Part shown: positions 8,935 through 19,623 of the stretch, one piece after another
Numbering within the stretch: the first letter of the stretch is position 1
Layout of the letters: the number at the start of each line of letters is the position of its first letter
Virus record (IMG/VR): IMGVR_UViG_3300021093_000006
DNA length: 64,000 bases
Reading direction: 5' to 3' (one strand)
Source of the DNA: a virus
Made by a program: the position numbers and the translations under genes
Notes under the pieces: model-generated
What the model was told of the DNA's origin: nothing
Seen by the model: the letters and a program-made list of their open reading frames with translations, nothing else
Database searches by the model: none

Positions 8935-11262
8935 TTAATATCCACAATAACTTTTTTGTTTATCGTACCAATAATTAAAGGCATCGTCCCAATCCGCATC
9001 TAATCTATCTATTGAAGGGAAAATAGGTTCAAAGTGATCATCAAAAATAGAGAATAATTGTAGACTCCTATTAGCCTTATTTCTAGGGTCAGGACTAAAC
9101 CATTCTTCTGTAACATCAACATTACATTCTAATTTAGCAACACCCTCAACCCATAAGTATTCCATTAAATTTTTTGATTTTGATGAATCTTTTCTATTTT
9201 CATCACACCATACCTCAAAATCATTAACTATGTTAACGTCAATCTCTTCTGTTTCTTCTGCACCTGTATTACATTTTGCCTCTACAACTACCATATCAAT
9301 CCAATTTCTAAGAATTATAAAAAATTCATCTAAATTAGTAACTTTACCAAAAATATCTTGTCGTTTCATTATATCAATATATACCTTTGGATTTTTAGTA
9401 TTGGTTTTATCTGAAACATTAACTGTAATATATCCCGCATCACCATAAGATTTTAATTCATCTACTCTCTTATAGGCTTCATTCTTTATCGATTCACAAT
9501 CTTTTGTCGCAACAATATCTAATATTTCTTGATATATTTTTTGTACACGTTTCTCAACACAAGGTAAAGCTTGTTGGTTACATTTCATTCTAAGAATTTC
9601 TTGAAATGTCATAGGTTTACCTTCTTCTGTTAAATATCCTGCAACTGTTTTATCAGTTTTTGCCTTTTCTAAAATATCAATAACCAGTGATTCAGTATTT
9701 TCTATACCACTTCTATTGGCAATTTCTTTTAATTTTTCAGGACTCAACTTTTTAACAACTCCTTCATATATTTTCATAAATTTAGGATCTGCAATAATTG
9801 TTTTTAATTTTTCGTCATTATTACATTCCATACAACATTTTTCATTCCCACTTGTATCGGGAGGACATATTTTTTCTATTTGTGTTATTATATAACCGTC
9901 AAATTCCTGAAAAGGTCCTAAAATTTCACTTCTCCATATATCTTCTAAATCTACTACACTAGAAGCAAATGTCAATATCCCCCAACCACATTCCGCAAAT
10001 CTTTTTATATAACTAGTATCTGTTACCGCTTCTCCACCACTACTTTTTTTCCTAAGATATATTGACTCAGGATCTAAATCTGCCGCTGAAATTAAACAAT
10101 AAGTAGTGGCTAAAAGTAAAGTCGCCCCAACAGTTATATAAGTACCTATCATTATCTTATTTCTTAATAACTGAAACCTAGCCAATTTTTCAACCGCGCT
10201 TAAACCTTCATCTTTATTACCTGGTGCAGTAAAATCTAATCCTCTATCTTGTAAATATTTTTTATAGGAGTTAAATTGATTTTTAGATTTAAATTCTAAA
10301 ATATATGTTTTACCATTACTTTTATTATGGTAAATAATAACATTCTCCCAATTTAAATCTTTAGTAGATAATTTTTCTAATTTTACCCTAATTTTTTTGT
10401 CCCCCCAAAACTTCAATTTATTTATAAAACTACTTTCCATTATTTTAAATTTAGGGTCATTAGAAAAATTATCTTTCAAAAGGGTTCTAAAATCCTTTCC
10501 GTCCCATTCACTCATCCCTATTTGTTCTTTAATCCTTCTCCAAATATCATAAAGTTCTTGTTCCTTTGGTGTACTACCATTTTTTAAATCATCTAATCTT
10601 TTAAAATTATTTTCTAATTCATCAATAGATTTAATACCATCATCACTTACAAAACCTAATATTACGTTTCTAAAATCATCAGGTTTATTTAATTTATTCC
10701 ACATTTCATTTATTTTATTTAATTTATCTAAATGAAAATCTGTAATAACTAATTGGTTCATTAAGTAATTTAATTTAGTTAATTCATCTATCTGTGAAGG
10801 AGTTAAATTCCTCAAAACATCTGCAGGCATTTCCATAGTATTACCCATTATATAATTTTTTAAATTAACTCTATTTACTGAAATATTTTGTTCATCAAAA
10901 TATTTTAAAAAAGTAGTGGTTAAATTTTCTGCAAAATTATCCATTGTTATTCTTAGACTTTTTGCATTTAATAAATTTTTAAGGTTTTCAAATGAACCAC
11001 CTGATCTTATATTCCTTATCGCAGTATCATAATTATCGATTGCATCACCCATTCTTTCAGCACTATTCTCTAAATTTTTTAGAGACGGAGTGTTAAAATT
11101 AATGGATCTTCCTATATTTCTTGTCGATTTAATTAATTCATCACCAATACCCTCAACTATTAATTTTTTTAAACTTGTACTAACTTCATTGAACGTTTTA
11201 AAACCATTCATTCTCTCCATAAGAAGTTTTATATTATTTATATTCGACTCAAAATTTTTCAT
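8935..11262 (-). CDS. Hypothetical large virion/ejected protein with one predicted TM helix
   Basis: 775 aa; N-terminal leader NINNIKLLMERM...LIVE; hydrophobic IMIGTYITVGATLLLATTYCLISAA; Cys pairs in the C-terminal half. Confidence 0.4.
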   Translation of the reverse strand: MKNFESNINNIKLLMERMNGFKTFNEVSTSLKKLIVEGIGDELIKSTRNIGRSINFNTPSLKNLENSAERMGDAIDNYDTAIRNIRSGGSFENLKNLLNAKSLRITMDNFAENLTTTFLKYFDEQNISVNRVNLKNYIMGNTMEMPADVLRNLTPSQIDELTKLNYLMNQLVITDFHLDKLNKINEMWNKLNKPDDFRNVILGFVSDDGIKSIDELENNFKRLDDLKNGSTPKEQELYDIWRRIKEQIGMSEWDGKDFRTLLKDNFSNDPKFKIMESSFINKLKFWGDKKIRVKLEKLSTKDLNWENVIIYHNKSNGKTYILEFKSKNQFNSYKKYLQDRGLDFTAPGNKDEGLSAVEKLARFQLLRNKIMIGTYITVGATLLLATTYCLISAADLDPESIYLRKKSSGGEAVTDTSYIKRFAECGWGILTFASSVVDLEDIWRSEILGPFQEFDGYIITQIEKICPPDTSGNEKCCMECNNDEKLKTIIADPKFMKIYEGVVKKLSPEKLKEIANRSGIENTESLVIDILEKAKTDKTVAGYLTEEGKPMTFQEILRMKCNQQALPCVEKRVQKIYQEILDIVATKDCESIKNEAYKRVDELKSYGDAGYITVNVSDKTNTKNPKVYIDIMKRQDIFGKVTNLDEFFIILRNWIDMVVVEAKCNTGAEETEEIDVNIVNDFEVWCDENRKDSSKSKNLMEYLWVEGVAKLECNVDVTEEWFSPDPRNKANRSLQLFSIFDDHFEPIFPSIDRLDADWDDAFNYWYDKQKSYCGY

Positions 11263-11264
11263 AA

Positions 11265-14200
11265 CTATAACGTAATTTTATTTTTTATTAAATCATCTAA
11301 ATTTATTGGTCCATTTAAAGATGAACCTAATTTCTCTTCAACAAATTCTAATATTGTTGTACATTCATTTGAGGAATCTTTTAATGATTCAGCTGTCCCA
11401 CCATTTTCACTATTTAAACCTAATAAAGAAGAAAGATCTGCGTCTATTACCCCTAATTTTAAATTAGTTTTAATCGCCTTTTTATCTTTATCCATAAGTC
11501 TAACTATTAAACCACTAGTTAAATTTATTACACCTGAAGACTCATTCCAAAAACCTTCTATTTTTATTAACCTTAACCCCATACCAAACTCTTTTGTTGC
11601 ACTATCATAACCGTCTTTAGTTATTATCATTTTAAAATTAGAAGAACCTATCGTAATATCTTTTTCACATGCATCATTATCATTTAACATATAATACATA
11701 TTAAATCTATTATTTTCATTTAAACCTTGTTCAAAAAGATTCACTAAAAAAAAGTGATTTTCTCTACTAGTTTTATCTTTTCTATATATACCTAAATAAC
11801 AACCGTCAGGTGATGTTCCAGATTGAAATGATAATTGTGTATTTGATCTGTATTTGTTGTAAATCTTACCTATTTGAGTATTTGGACCCAAACATAAATC
11901 TCCTTCATTACTTTGTCTAACAATATAACCTTTATCCTTTAAAAAATTAATTGCTTCAGATTCATTATCACATACTTCGTTAACTAAATTTCCATATAAT
12001 CTTTCGTCTGAAAATAATGATTTCATTCTTTTTATTTCTTCATTTAATTTTTTCATACCCTCATCTATTTTTTTTGGAACTTGATTTCCTTCACCTGTCA
12101 TTAACATATTTTGAAATTCGTCTATTTGTTCATCCGTCAATTCAGTATCCCCTGTAACTAATACCGCAGTTTTAACTATTGGTTTAATATTAGGTTTTGT
12201 CATAGTTTTTAAAACAACTATTTTATCATTAATTAAATTAATACCTTCCTGTTCTGTATAAGTTTTATTTAATATACCTTCTAAAATTGGATTAACTAAA
12301 TCTATTACCTCTTTTATATCTTTATGTTTATATCTTTTACCATTTATCTGAAAAGCCACTTCTTTATTTAGTAATAAAGCTGCCGCTTCTAAAGATTTGT
12401 TAGGTAATTTTATAATTTGTTGGATATTAAGATAAAAATTTACTAATAAATCAGTTTCTTCTTTAAAATTTTTCTTATCTATAAACCCACTCTTAGATAA
12501 CTGAGAAAATAAACTATCTATTTTTTCTTCATTAGAAATGATATTAGTAAAATCTGGACTAAGTTTAGAGTTATCTATCTCACCGTTAGAAGTAAAAACG
12601 CCTAATGGATCAAAACCAGTTTTATCATAAAGAGCTTTTAACGCTTTACCTAATTCTTCACTATAAACATACATACCAGCAAATAAAGATCCTTGTATAA
12701 TAACTTGTTTAATACCTTTATTGTAAGCATTAACCATTTTACTTAAATTTTTATTTGACTTAGTATATAATTTTTCTAAATTAGCGGGTGTTTCTTTCTT
12801 TAACATTTCTGCAAAAACACCTTTTTGCATTTTATCTAATTTATTATATTCATTTGTAAATTCACCACCTTTACCAAATTTATTAATTATTTCATCACTA
12901 TTAGCAACCTTACCAAAATTCTTAAATTGTTTAGCTTCATCAGGAGATAAAGTTCTTGCAAAATCTCTTAAAATTTGTCTACTTTTAATTGGGTCACCAT
13001 CTACCATTTTTAAAGCTTTGGTTAATTCTTCTAATCTACCTGTAAATTTAGAACCATATTTTAATAATTTCCCTGCTTCTGCTAAACCACCAAATGCACC
13101 TAACATAGTTAATCCTGCATTTAATTTCCATCCTTCTTTACCCTCTATCACATAACCAGCCGCACTTATTGCATCAATTATACCACTAATTAAAATACCA
13201 TAAGGACCAATTGCCAAAACTACGATAGAGGCAATGTCTGCAATACAATGCCAATCTTCAGCACAATCTTGTGTCCATTGATCAAATCTATCCCACCCAC
13301 TTAGAACGTTACCAGTACTTTTACCACACCATTCTTCTATATTAATAGTAGCTTGATAATTTCCTTCCGCACCTTTTACCGTTACATTAGCATTCCCTTT
13401 TGGGTTAACACAACAACAAATAGCCCTACCACCAATAAATCCTTTTCTTTTTACACCACCTTCCACTTCTTCAGATTGTGATGGGTACATAAATATCCCA
13501 CCATTTTTAGAACACGCTTGTTTCCAAGTAAAAGTTTCATTAATTTTAGCACCTCCGCCACCTGATCCTGGTGCCGATACAGGTACAGAATATGTTTTCA
13601 CATAATAAACTGGATCTGAACATGCATTATTTAATTTTTCGGGAGTATTATTTCTAATAATAATATTATGTAACTCAATTTGATCTAACACTATCTTATA
13701 TGTGTTATAATCTTCTAAGTATTCTTTGAATTTAGGACCAGCTTTTTGTAATATTTCTTTTTCTACTGAAGGGACATCTTTTTGGAAAGAATTTAACAGT
13801 TTCGCCATTTCTGGATTTTCTTTTTCCATTTTAGATAAAATGTTAAATTCTTTTTCTTTTTTATTATTTGTTTTCGGATAGATATTTTGCATTTCAGTAT
13901 CAAATCCTAATCTACCCATAATTGCTTGAGGATCAATTTGTGTATTATATTCACGTATTGATTGATACATCTTAACCTCTAATTCTTCCATCGATCTCAA
14001 TATATAAGATGGGTTAATACATGTTGATGATGATACCTTACCTTCTAATATTTGTTGTATTTTATCAGAATTGACAGTTTTAGGGTTAGTCCACCCAAAT
14101 GTTTTATTTGAAGAATCCCAAGATTTTAATGTTTCTAAATAATCTTTATATATACGACTTTGGTTTACGTATTCTGTACCATACTCATTATATCCCTTTT

Positions 14201-14759
14201 TTTTCTTTTGTTCCATCCCAATGACATCCAAAACATAAAATCTACCTAATTTATTAAAGGCAACTTTCATATATTTGTTATCATATGGTGCGTTACTAGT
14301 TTTATCTAATGTACCAGGTAAACCATTACTTTTTAATGCTTTATTTACATCTTTAATTCTTTGAGGAAAATCAGGATCATTAACCCATAATCTAAATGCG
14401 TCAGAATCTTTTTTACTTTTTATATTTTGTTTAAAAAATTTTTCATTTTCCGCATCAATCCTTTTTTTTGCAATATCTTTATCTTCTACACTGGCAGTAG
14501 TTTTCTTACCTTGACTAGCTAATAATGCAATTTGTACATCACTATACACATAACTCCATGTACCGTCAGAATTTTTTTTCCAGCACAAACCTTTAGGAAC
14601 ATCTAAATAGTCATAATAAGCTGGATGTGTATATAATAATAAATGCTTATTCCACACAGGAGTATATCCTATTTGTTTGACAGTATACTTTGGTGGATCA
14701 CTTTCATTTAAAAAAATCCTTTTATACTGATTTTCAGTTATAAAAATTTTTTTTTTCAT
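11265..14759 (-). CDS. Hypothetical large virion/ejected protein with a hydrophobic hairpin and two leader cassettes
   Basis: 1164 aa; N-terminus MKKKIFITENQYKRIFLNE; hydrophobic IADIASIVVLAIGPYGILISGIIDAISAAG...LTMLGAFGGLAEAG; internal MKKLNEEIKRMKSLF. Confidence 0.45.
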   Translation of the reverse strand: MKKKIFITENQYKRIFLNESDPPKYTVKQIGYTPVWNKHLLLYTHPAYYDYLDVPKGLCWKKNSDGTWSYVYSDVQIALLASQGKKTTASVEDKDIAKKRIDAENEKFFKQNIKSKKDSDAFRLWVNDPDFPQRIKDVNKALKSNGLPGTLDKTSNAPYDNKYMKVAFNKLGRFYVLDVIGMEQKKKKGYNEYGTEYVNQSRIYKDYLETLKSWDSSNKTFGWTNPKTVNSDKIQQILEGKVSSSTCINPSYILRSMEELEVKMYQSIREYNTQIDPQAIMGRLGFDTEMQNIYPKTNNKKEKEFNILSKMEKENPEMAKLLNSFQKDVPSVEKEILQKAGPKFKEYLEDYNTYKIVLDQIELHNIIIRNNTPEKLNNACSDPVYYVKTYSVPVSAPGSGGGGAKINETFTWKQACSKNGGIFMYPSQSEEVEGGVKRKGFIGGRAICCCVNPKGNANVTVKGAEGNYQATINIEEWCGKSTGNVLSGWDRFDQWTQDCAEDWHCIADIASIVVLAIGPYGILISGIIDAISAAGYVIEGKEGWKLNAGLTMLGAFGGLAEAGKLLKYGSKFTGRLEELTKALKMVDGDPIKSRQILRDFARTLSPDEAKQFKNFGKVANSDEIINKFGKGGEFTNEYNKLDKMQKGVFAEMLKKETPANLEKLYTKSNKNLSKMVNAYNKGIKQVIIQGSLFAGMYVYSEELGKALKALYDKTGFDPLGVFTSNGEIDNSKLSPDFTNIISNEEKIDSLFSQLSKSGFIDKKNFKEETDLLVNFYLNIQQIIKLPNKSLEAAALLLNKEVAFQINGKRYKHKDIKEVIDLVNPILEGILNKTYTEQEGINLINDKIVVLKTMTKPNIKPIVKTAVLVTGDTELTDEQIDEFQNMLMTGEGNQVPKKIDEGMKKLNEEIKRMKSLFSDERLYGNLVNEVCDNESEAINFLKDKGYIVRQSNEGDLCLGPNTQIGKIYNKYRSNTQLSFQSGTSPDGCYLGIYRKDKTSRENHFFLVNLFEQGLNENNRFNMYYMLNDNDACEKDITIGSSNFKMIITKDGYDSATKEFGMGLRLIKIEGFWNESSGVINLTSGLIVRLMDKDKKAIKTNLKLGVIDADLSSLLGLNSENGGTAESLKDSSNECTTILEFVEEKLGSSLNGPINLDDLIKNKITL

Positions 14760-14762
14760 TAT

Positions 14763-15866
14763 TTATTGAACTCTAAATATGCAATTATTTTCATCACCTT
14801 TCATAATAGAAATTTTATTTTTATCGACATCTAAATTAAGAGTTTTAAATATTTGTGTTAAAATATTATTTCTAAATATAAGTCTATCACCTTTTTTCTG
14901 TATGAATGTCATACCTCTTACCCCATTAAATTTATATTGATTTCCAGTTATTTTTTTAATTACCCCTAATTTAGTACCCCTATCATTTTTAACTATATAT
15001 TTCTCCCCCTCAACTCCTTTAGATACTTTACCTTCACCTGTTTTATAATCACCTATTAAAGGATTACCTTCATCATCATTTGTATCTTGTAATTCTCTAA
15101 CCATTCTTAGAATATCTTCATTCTTCTCAAATCGATTATAAAAATTAGCCATACATCTTTCTACTGATTTATAAGCGTCAGTCTCAAATCCATATTCTTC
15201 TAAATCACCAGGACCAGCACCTTTTAACCATGCTTTATACATTGCTTTAAGATGTTCTTTACAACTATCTATATTATCATCTATTACGTCTTTATCATTT
15301 TTAACATCTTGTTTAATATCTTTTCTTATACCCTTCCCTTCTTTTTTAGATAAAAAGTTCAATTCTGCATCTTTACTTATAAAAATTTCAACAGGTACAC
15401 CTTTATCATCTTTGATAAATCTTTTTACATAGTCTAAATCTCTACCTGGTTTAGGTTTATCAACATAACCAACTTTCATTTTGATTTTTTCAAAAGACAT
15501 TCGTTTAATATATTTTTTTCCGTTTATATCCTTAGTTTCATAAAAATCTAATGAGTCTGCCTCATCACCCTCTATCTCTTTTTTCTTATCATCTGTTAAT
15601 TCTACAAAACCTTTAGGTATCATAGTGGTTTTATCATCTTTTTTATCTGTCGTACCACCATCACCCTCTTCATCTTTATCAGATTCACATAATTTTGGGT
15701 CACATTGATTAGTTTGTGGATCATATTTACCATATTTTTCTTTGGTTTCATCATCACATTGACAACCAGGATCATCTTCATTAAGATTTCCATACATTCT
15801 TTCTTCAGTAAATAAAGATTTAATTCTTCTTATTTCTTCATTTAAATTTAAAATTCTATTTCTCAT
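14763..15866 (-). CDS. Hypothetical virion protein with LNEEIRRIKSLF leader
   Basis: 367 aa; leader shared with the internal motif of 11265..14759; Cys-rich acidic segment follows the leader. Confidence 0.4.
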   Translation of the reverse strand: MRNRILNLNEEIRRIKSLFTEERMYGNLNEDDPGCQCDDETKEKYGKYDPQTNQCDPKLCESDKDEEGDGGTTDKKDDKTTMIPKGFVELTDDKKKEIEGDEADSLDFYETKDINGKKYIKRMSFEKIKMKVGYVDKPKPGRDLDYVKRFIKDDKGVPVEIFISKDAELNFLSKKEGKGIRKDIKQDVKNDKDVIDDNIDSCKEHLKAMYKAWLKGAGPGDLEEYGFETDAYKSVERCMANFYNRFEKNEDILRMVRELQDTNDDEGNPLIGDYKTGEGKVSKGVEGEKYIVKNDRGTKLGVIKKITGNQYKFNGVRGMTFIQKKGDRLIFRNNILTQIFKTLNLDVDKNKISIMKGDENNCIFRVQ

Positions 15867-15898
15867 ATTTTTTTTATTATATACAATTATTCTAATAA

Positions 15899-15906
15899 AT
15901 AAATAT
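15899..15906 (-). promoter_or_regulatory. Putative late promoter ATATTTAT
   Basis: Motif upstream of the ATG at 15866, just downstream of the tube terminator. Confidence 0.45.
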
Positions 15907-15921
15907 TAGATAAAAATAAAA

Positions 15922-15943
15922 AATCCCACCTAATGATGGGATT
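15922..15943 (-). terminator. Intrinsic terminator after the tail tube gene
   Basis: Stem AATCCCA/TGGGATT followed by a T-run on the minus strand. Confidence 0.6.
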
Positions 15944-15967
15944 AATTATAATTCTTTTTAAAATATT

Positions 15968-16456
15968 TTAGAATACGTTAATCGCTCTATCAAAACGAAG
16001 CGTTGCCGTAATATCTGCCAAATCAGAAGAAGAGTAATCTAATGAACCAAAGTCCACATCATTTAACTGAGTACTTTGTAATATCCATTTTTGAACTACT
16101 ACACCTGTTGGGTCCAACATTTCCAATTCTACATCTTTTTTGTAACCTGCAGCATAACCTTGTCTACCTGTTACTGATTCAGAGTGTAAACGAATCCATT
16201 CCATTAACGCTTGTGTAGCGGAAGGTCCGATTGGATCTCTAAATGTCACAGAGATTGATTCCCAGTTAAATCTACCTATTACATATGTAGAAGTATTTAA
16301 AAAAGGTATCTCCACCTCTGAACTCGTATATTTTGGTCGGCTAGTTGTAGATACCCACCATTCTTGAATCCCCAATTCATCTGGAAATCTCAAAATAAAC
16401 CTATTCTTTCTTAGTGGTTCGTAAGGAACAGGCATTCTCATTAATAAATCAGCCAT
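15968..16456 (-). CDS. Tail tube protein (T4 gp19-like)
   Basis: EPLRKNRFILRF...SRPKY...YVIGRFNWESISVTFRDPI...W...GYKKDVELEMLDP.G.VVQKWIL...FGSLDYSSSD pattern. Confidence 0.8.
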   Translation of the reverse strand: MADLLMRMPVPYEPLRKNRFILRFPDELGIQEWWVSTTSRPKYTSSEVEIPFLNTSTYVIGRFNWESISVTFRDPIGPSATQALMEWIRLHSESVTGRQGYAAGYKKDVELEMLDPTGVVVQKWILQSTQLNDVDFGSLDYSSSDLADITATLRFDRAINVF

Positions 16457-16500
16457 CTTAATTTTTTTTTAATTTTTTTTATTAGTTGTATTATTTATTA

Positions 16501-16509
16501 TATAAATAT
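16501..16509 (-). promoter_or_regulatory. Putative late promoter ATATTTATA (tail tube)
   Basis: Motif upstream of the A-rich leader of the tube gene. Confidence 0.55.
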
Positions 16510-16526
16510 TGTATTTTTAAAAAAAT

Positions 16527-19500
16527 TTATTTTTTAATAATAATTCTTTTCTTTTTAGGGTTATTTGGGTCAGAGGTATCAAATATATTAAATTGTATAT
16601 TTGGGTATTTTATAATTAATTTTTCTCTAATTAAATTCTCAATTATTTCTAAATTACTTAAATCATCATCACTATAACCAACACTAATACCCTCAAAATT
16701 AGGATTATCTATTATACCGTCTATTTGTTTTACTACCCTATCAACAAAGTTTTCGAACGCAACCTCTTTTCCTTTTTCAGGTTTACTTTCAGTAGTATCT
16801 AAATTAAAATTATCTAAAAATTCTTTTGATGAAACTGGATGATAATCTTGTAAACTAAGATATTCTTCTATAGATATACCTTTAAGATTTTTTTCCATTT
16901 GTTTTTTATTGCCATATGAAAAATTTTTATCTATAATTATTTTAATACCATCTATTAAAGATTTAGGTGAATTCGATCTGGCAGTTATAATAGAAAAATC
17001 TTCACCATTAATTAACGCTTCTTTAAAATCATTAAAACTAGGTGCATAATCTCTTCTATCTAATGCGTAATTAACGTCTTTAATAAAAGAATCATAATTT
17101 CTAAAATCTTTAAATGCATCATTTATATTATCATTTTTATATCTAAATTCCGAACCTAATTTATGTCTAATAGATCTAAATTGTTCCGTTGATACTGAAA
17201 CTGGTACCCAATATATCCCACCTACCTTGTAATCTAAATGAATTCTTGTTGGCATTTTTAATATATTATCATCCCAATCAAAAGAATAAGTTTTTTTCAA
17301 TGACTCTGTTAAATAACTTTTTTTATAGATAATTGATTCGTTTTTAGTTTCTTCTGTTTCATCATCTGATAAACCACTAGCAATAAATGGTAACAATGCA
17401 GGAAATCCACTAGAAATTAAATTATATGCCTGTCTATATAAACCCTTTTCCATTTTTTTTGCTTGTTCTGGATATATTTTTTTCCATTTTCTTTCTAATT
17501 TACCCAGTACTTCAAAAAAATCTTTAGGTATATTATTAACCCAACTATCTACACTCGATATTTCTTTTTCTAATTTTACCTCATCAGTAATATTTTTATT
17601 TAAAAATTTATCTATGTATTTTTTAAAAAATTCTTTTATTTTTTCTAAATTATTTAAATCTCTAGGTTTAGGTTCTTCTATATTTATAGAATTTTTGATT
17701 CTTTGTAGATCAATGTCCACTAATTTTTGTGATTTATCTGTACCCCTTAAATAGTCTACTAAAAATGTGGCAAATCCTTTATTTTTTTCTAATGTACCTA
17801 ATTCTAATATATTTTTAATACTGGCAGTAAATTCAGCCTCAATTTCCTGAACATGAGACCAATAACTTAATTCTTTAGATGCGTCCATAACAATTCTTTC
17901 TATCTCTCTAATGTTTAAGTTATTCTCAATAAACTTTAAAAATTTAGCATCATCTAAATTATCAGTTTTTTGTTTTATTTTTTTATATTCATCGTTAAAA
18001 TTTGACCAGTCATCTAAAGAAAGTTTTATAGCTTTAACTTTAACATCATCACCAAATAAATTTGTATTAAATTTAGATGTAACAACTTTTTTGGTAACTT
18101 TTTTAATATATTTTTCAGGAACAATTTTATTATCTTTTGCCCATGTTTTAAAATCTTCTATCCATGTATAGTCTTTACTGGTATCTATATTTTTTTCCGC
18201 ACCAAATTTTCTAACTTCAGATTCCAAATTGTTTATATCGTCTCTTTGCCACACCCAAAAATCAAAATCATCAATTTCTATTTCTTTAGTCGGTGACATT
18301 TCTCTTTTACCAGTTAAATAACCCCAAGCTTCATTACCATCTTTAAAATAACCCGATTTATATGTGTAATTACCATGTATACTAGTTTGATTATTTTGTA
18401 AAACATGAGTTAATTCATGATAAATTACATGAAATATACTATTTTTTAAATCTTCTAAATTTTTTGGTTTCCTATAATCAGCAATTGCGGTTGGGTTAAC
18501 TATAACCCATTGCCCAAAATTACCATTTATATCATTTACATACATTTTTACACCAAATGGAACATCATATCTTTTTAAATATTTACTTCTTAAATTTGGA
18601 TCTTTTAATATTTTTTGATTTTTAATCCAATCCATTATAGATGGTATTTGATACCATTCCATGTTTTCAAAAGTCTTATCGAATTCAGATCTGTATAAAT
18701 CTTCTAATTTATCATCTCTTATTTTTATAAAATCTAGCTCTTCTGGTCCTTGTTTGTTTAAAGAAAATTTTACATTTTGTCCATTTATTTGTAATGTCAC
18801 ATAAATTGGTTCTCCTGTATCTGGATCAAACCCCCAATCTTTATCAAAACCATATTTTTTAAAAGAAGCGTCTATAATGTCATATTCATCTTTTGGGATA
18901 TCTGATAATTTAAGTCCCACAATTTGTTGAGGATCATTTTTAGGGATTTCACTTTTAGGTAAATCCTTTTCTTTTTTTGTTGGGTTTTTCAAAATCTGCC
19001 AAACTTCTTCCGAAGTTTTTTTACCTGATCCTAAATCACTTTTTAATTGTTTAAAACCTTCTTCACCATTAATTCTAATATATTCATTTAATTTTTCTGC
19101 GAATAATTTGTTAAAATTACTTTCGATATCATCTATTTTAGTAATCATTTGCCTATTTAATACTTGTAAACTAACAAGATATTCTAAATCATCAGTGTTT
19201 ATTTTTTTTAAATTTTCACCAGATAATTCTTTTCCTTTCACAAAATTAATTAAATCGGTTCCAGAAATATCTTTTGTCTTTATATTTTTTAAAGTTAAAT
19301 CTTTAATAGTATCATCCCAGTTTTTCCTAAATGTAGTAAATTCTGATTTAGTTATTAGTGATTCTATTTCTAATTTTTTAAAAATTAAATTTCCTAAGTC
19401 TATAAAATCATTAAAACTTTTACCAGCACCTTTTAAATTAATTTTTATATCAGGTATATTCTTAAAAATATTTTTACTAGTATCTAAATTTTTGGCAGAA

Positions 19501-19598
19501 TCAATAACATCATCCAACCATCGCTGTTCATTTAAAGGTTTTTTATAAATAAATTCTTTAATTTTTTTAATTTCTTTTTCTGAAAATAATCTATTCAT
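16527..19598 (-). CDS. Multidomain protein: leader, zincin-like metallopeptidase and C-terminal HAD phosphatase
   Basis: HELTH (18405-18419) with downstream QEIEA (17835-17849); HAD motifs FDWDDN, IITAR and YSDDD in the last ~255 aa. Confidence 0.55.
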   Translation of the reverse strand: MNRLFSEKEIKKIKEFIYKKPLNEQRWLDDVIDSAKNLDTSKNIFKNIPDIKINLKGAGKSFNDFIDLGNLIFKKLEIESLITKSEFTTFRKNWDDTIKDLTLKNIKTKDISGTDLINFVKGKELSGENLKKINTDDLEYLVSLQVLNRQMITKIDDIESNFNKLFAEKLNEYIRINGEEGFKQLKSDLGSGKKTSEEVWQILKNPTKKEKDLPKSEIPKNDPQQIVGLKLSDIPKDEYDIIDASFKKYGFDKDWGFDPDTGEPIYVTLQINGQNVKFSLNKQGPEELDFIKIRDDKLEDLYRSEFDKTFENMEWYQIPSIMDWIKNQKILKDPNLRSKYLKRYDVPFGVKMYVNDINGNFGQWVIVNPTAIADYRKPKNLEDLKNSIFHVIYHELTHVLQNNQTSIHGNYTYKSGYFKDGNEAWGYLTGKREMSPTKEIEIDDFDFWVWQRDDINNLESEVRKFGAEKNIDTSKDYTWIEDFKTWAKDNKIVPEKYIKKVTKKVVTSKFNTNLFGDDVKVKAIKLSLDDWSNFNDEYKKIKQKTDNLDDAKFLKFIENNLNIREIERIVMDASKELSYWSHVQEIEAEFTASIKNILELGTLEKNKGFATFLVDYLRGTDKSQKLVDIDLQRIKNSINIEEPKPRDLNNLEKIKEFFKKYIDKFLNKNITDEVKLEKEISSVDSWVNNIPKDFFEVLGKLERKWKKIYPEQAKKMEKGLYRQAYNLISSGFPALLPFIASGLSDDETEETKNESIIYKKSYLTESLKKTYSFDWDDNILKMPTRIHLDYKVGGIYWVPVSVSTEQFRSIRHKLGSEFRYKNDNINDAFKDFRNYDSFIKDVNYALDRRDYAPSFNDFKEALINGEDFSIITARSNSPKSLIDGIKIIIDKNFSYGNKKQMEKNLKGISIEEYLSLQDYHPVSSKEFLDNFNLDTTESKPEKGKEVAFENFVDRVVKQIDGIIDNPNFEGISVGYSDDDLSNLEIIENLIREKLIIKYPNIQFNIFDTSDPNNPKKKRIIIKK

Positions 19599-19601
19599 AT
19601 T

Positions 19602-19610
19602 TATAAATAT
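19602..19610 (-). promoter_or_regulatory. Putative late promoter ATATTTATA
   Basis: Only 3 nt upstream of the ATG at 19598. Confidence 0.45.
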
Positions 19611-19623
19611 TTAAATAAAATAA

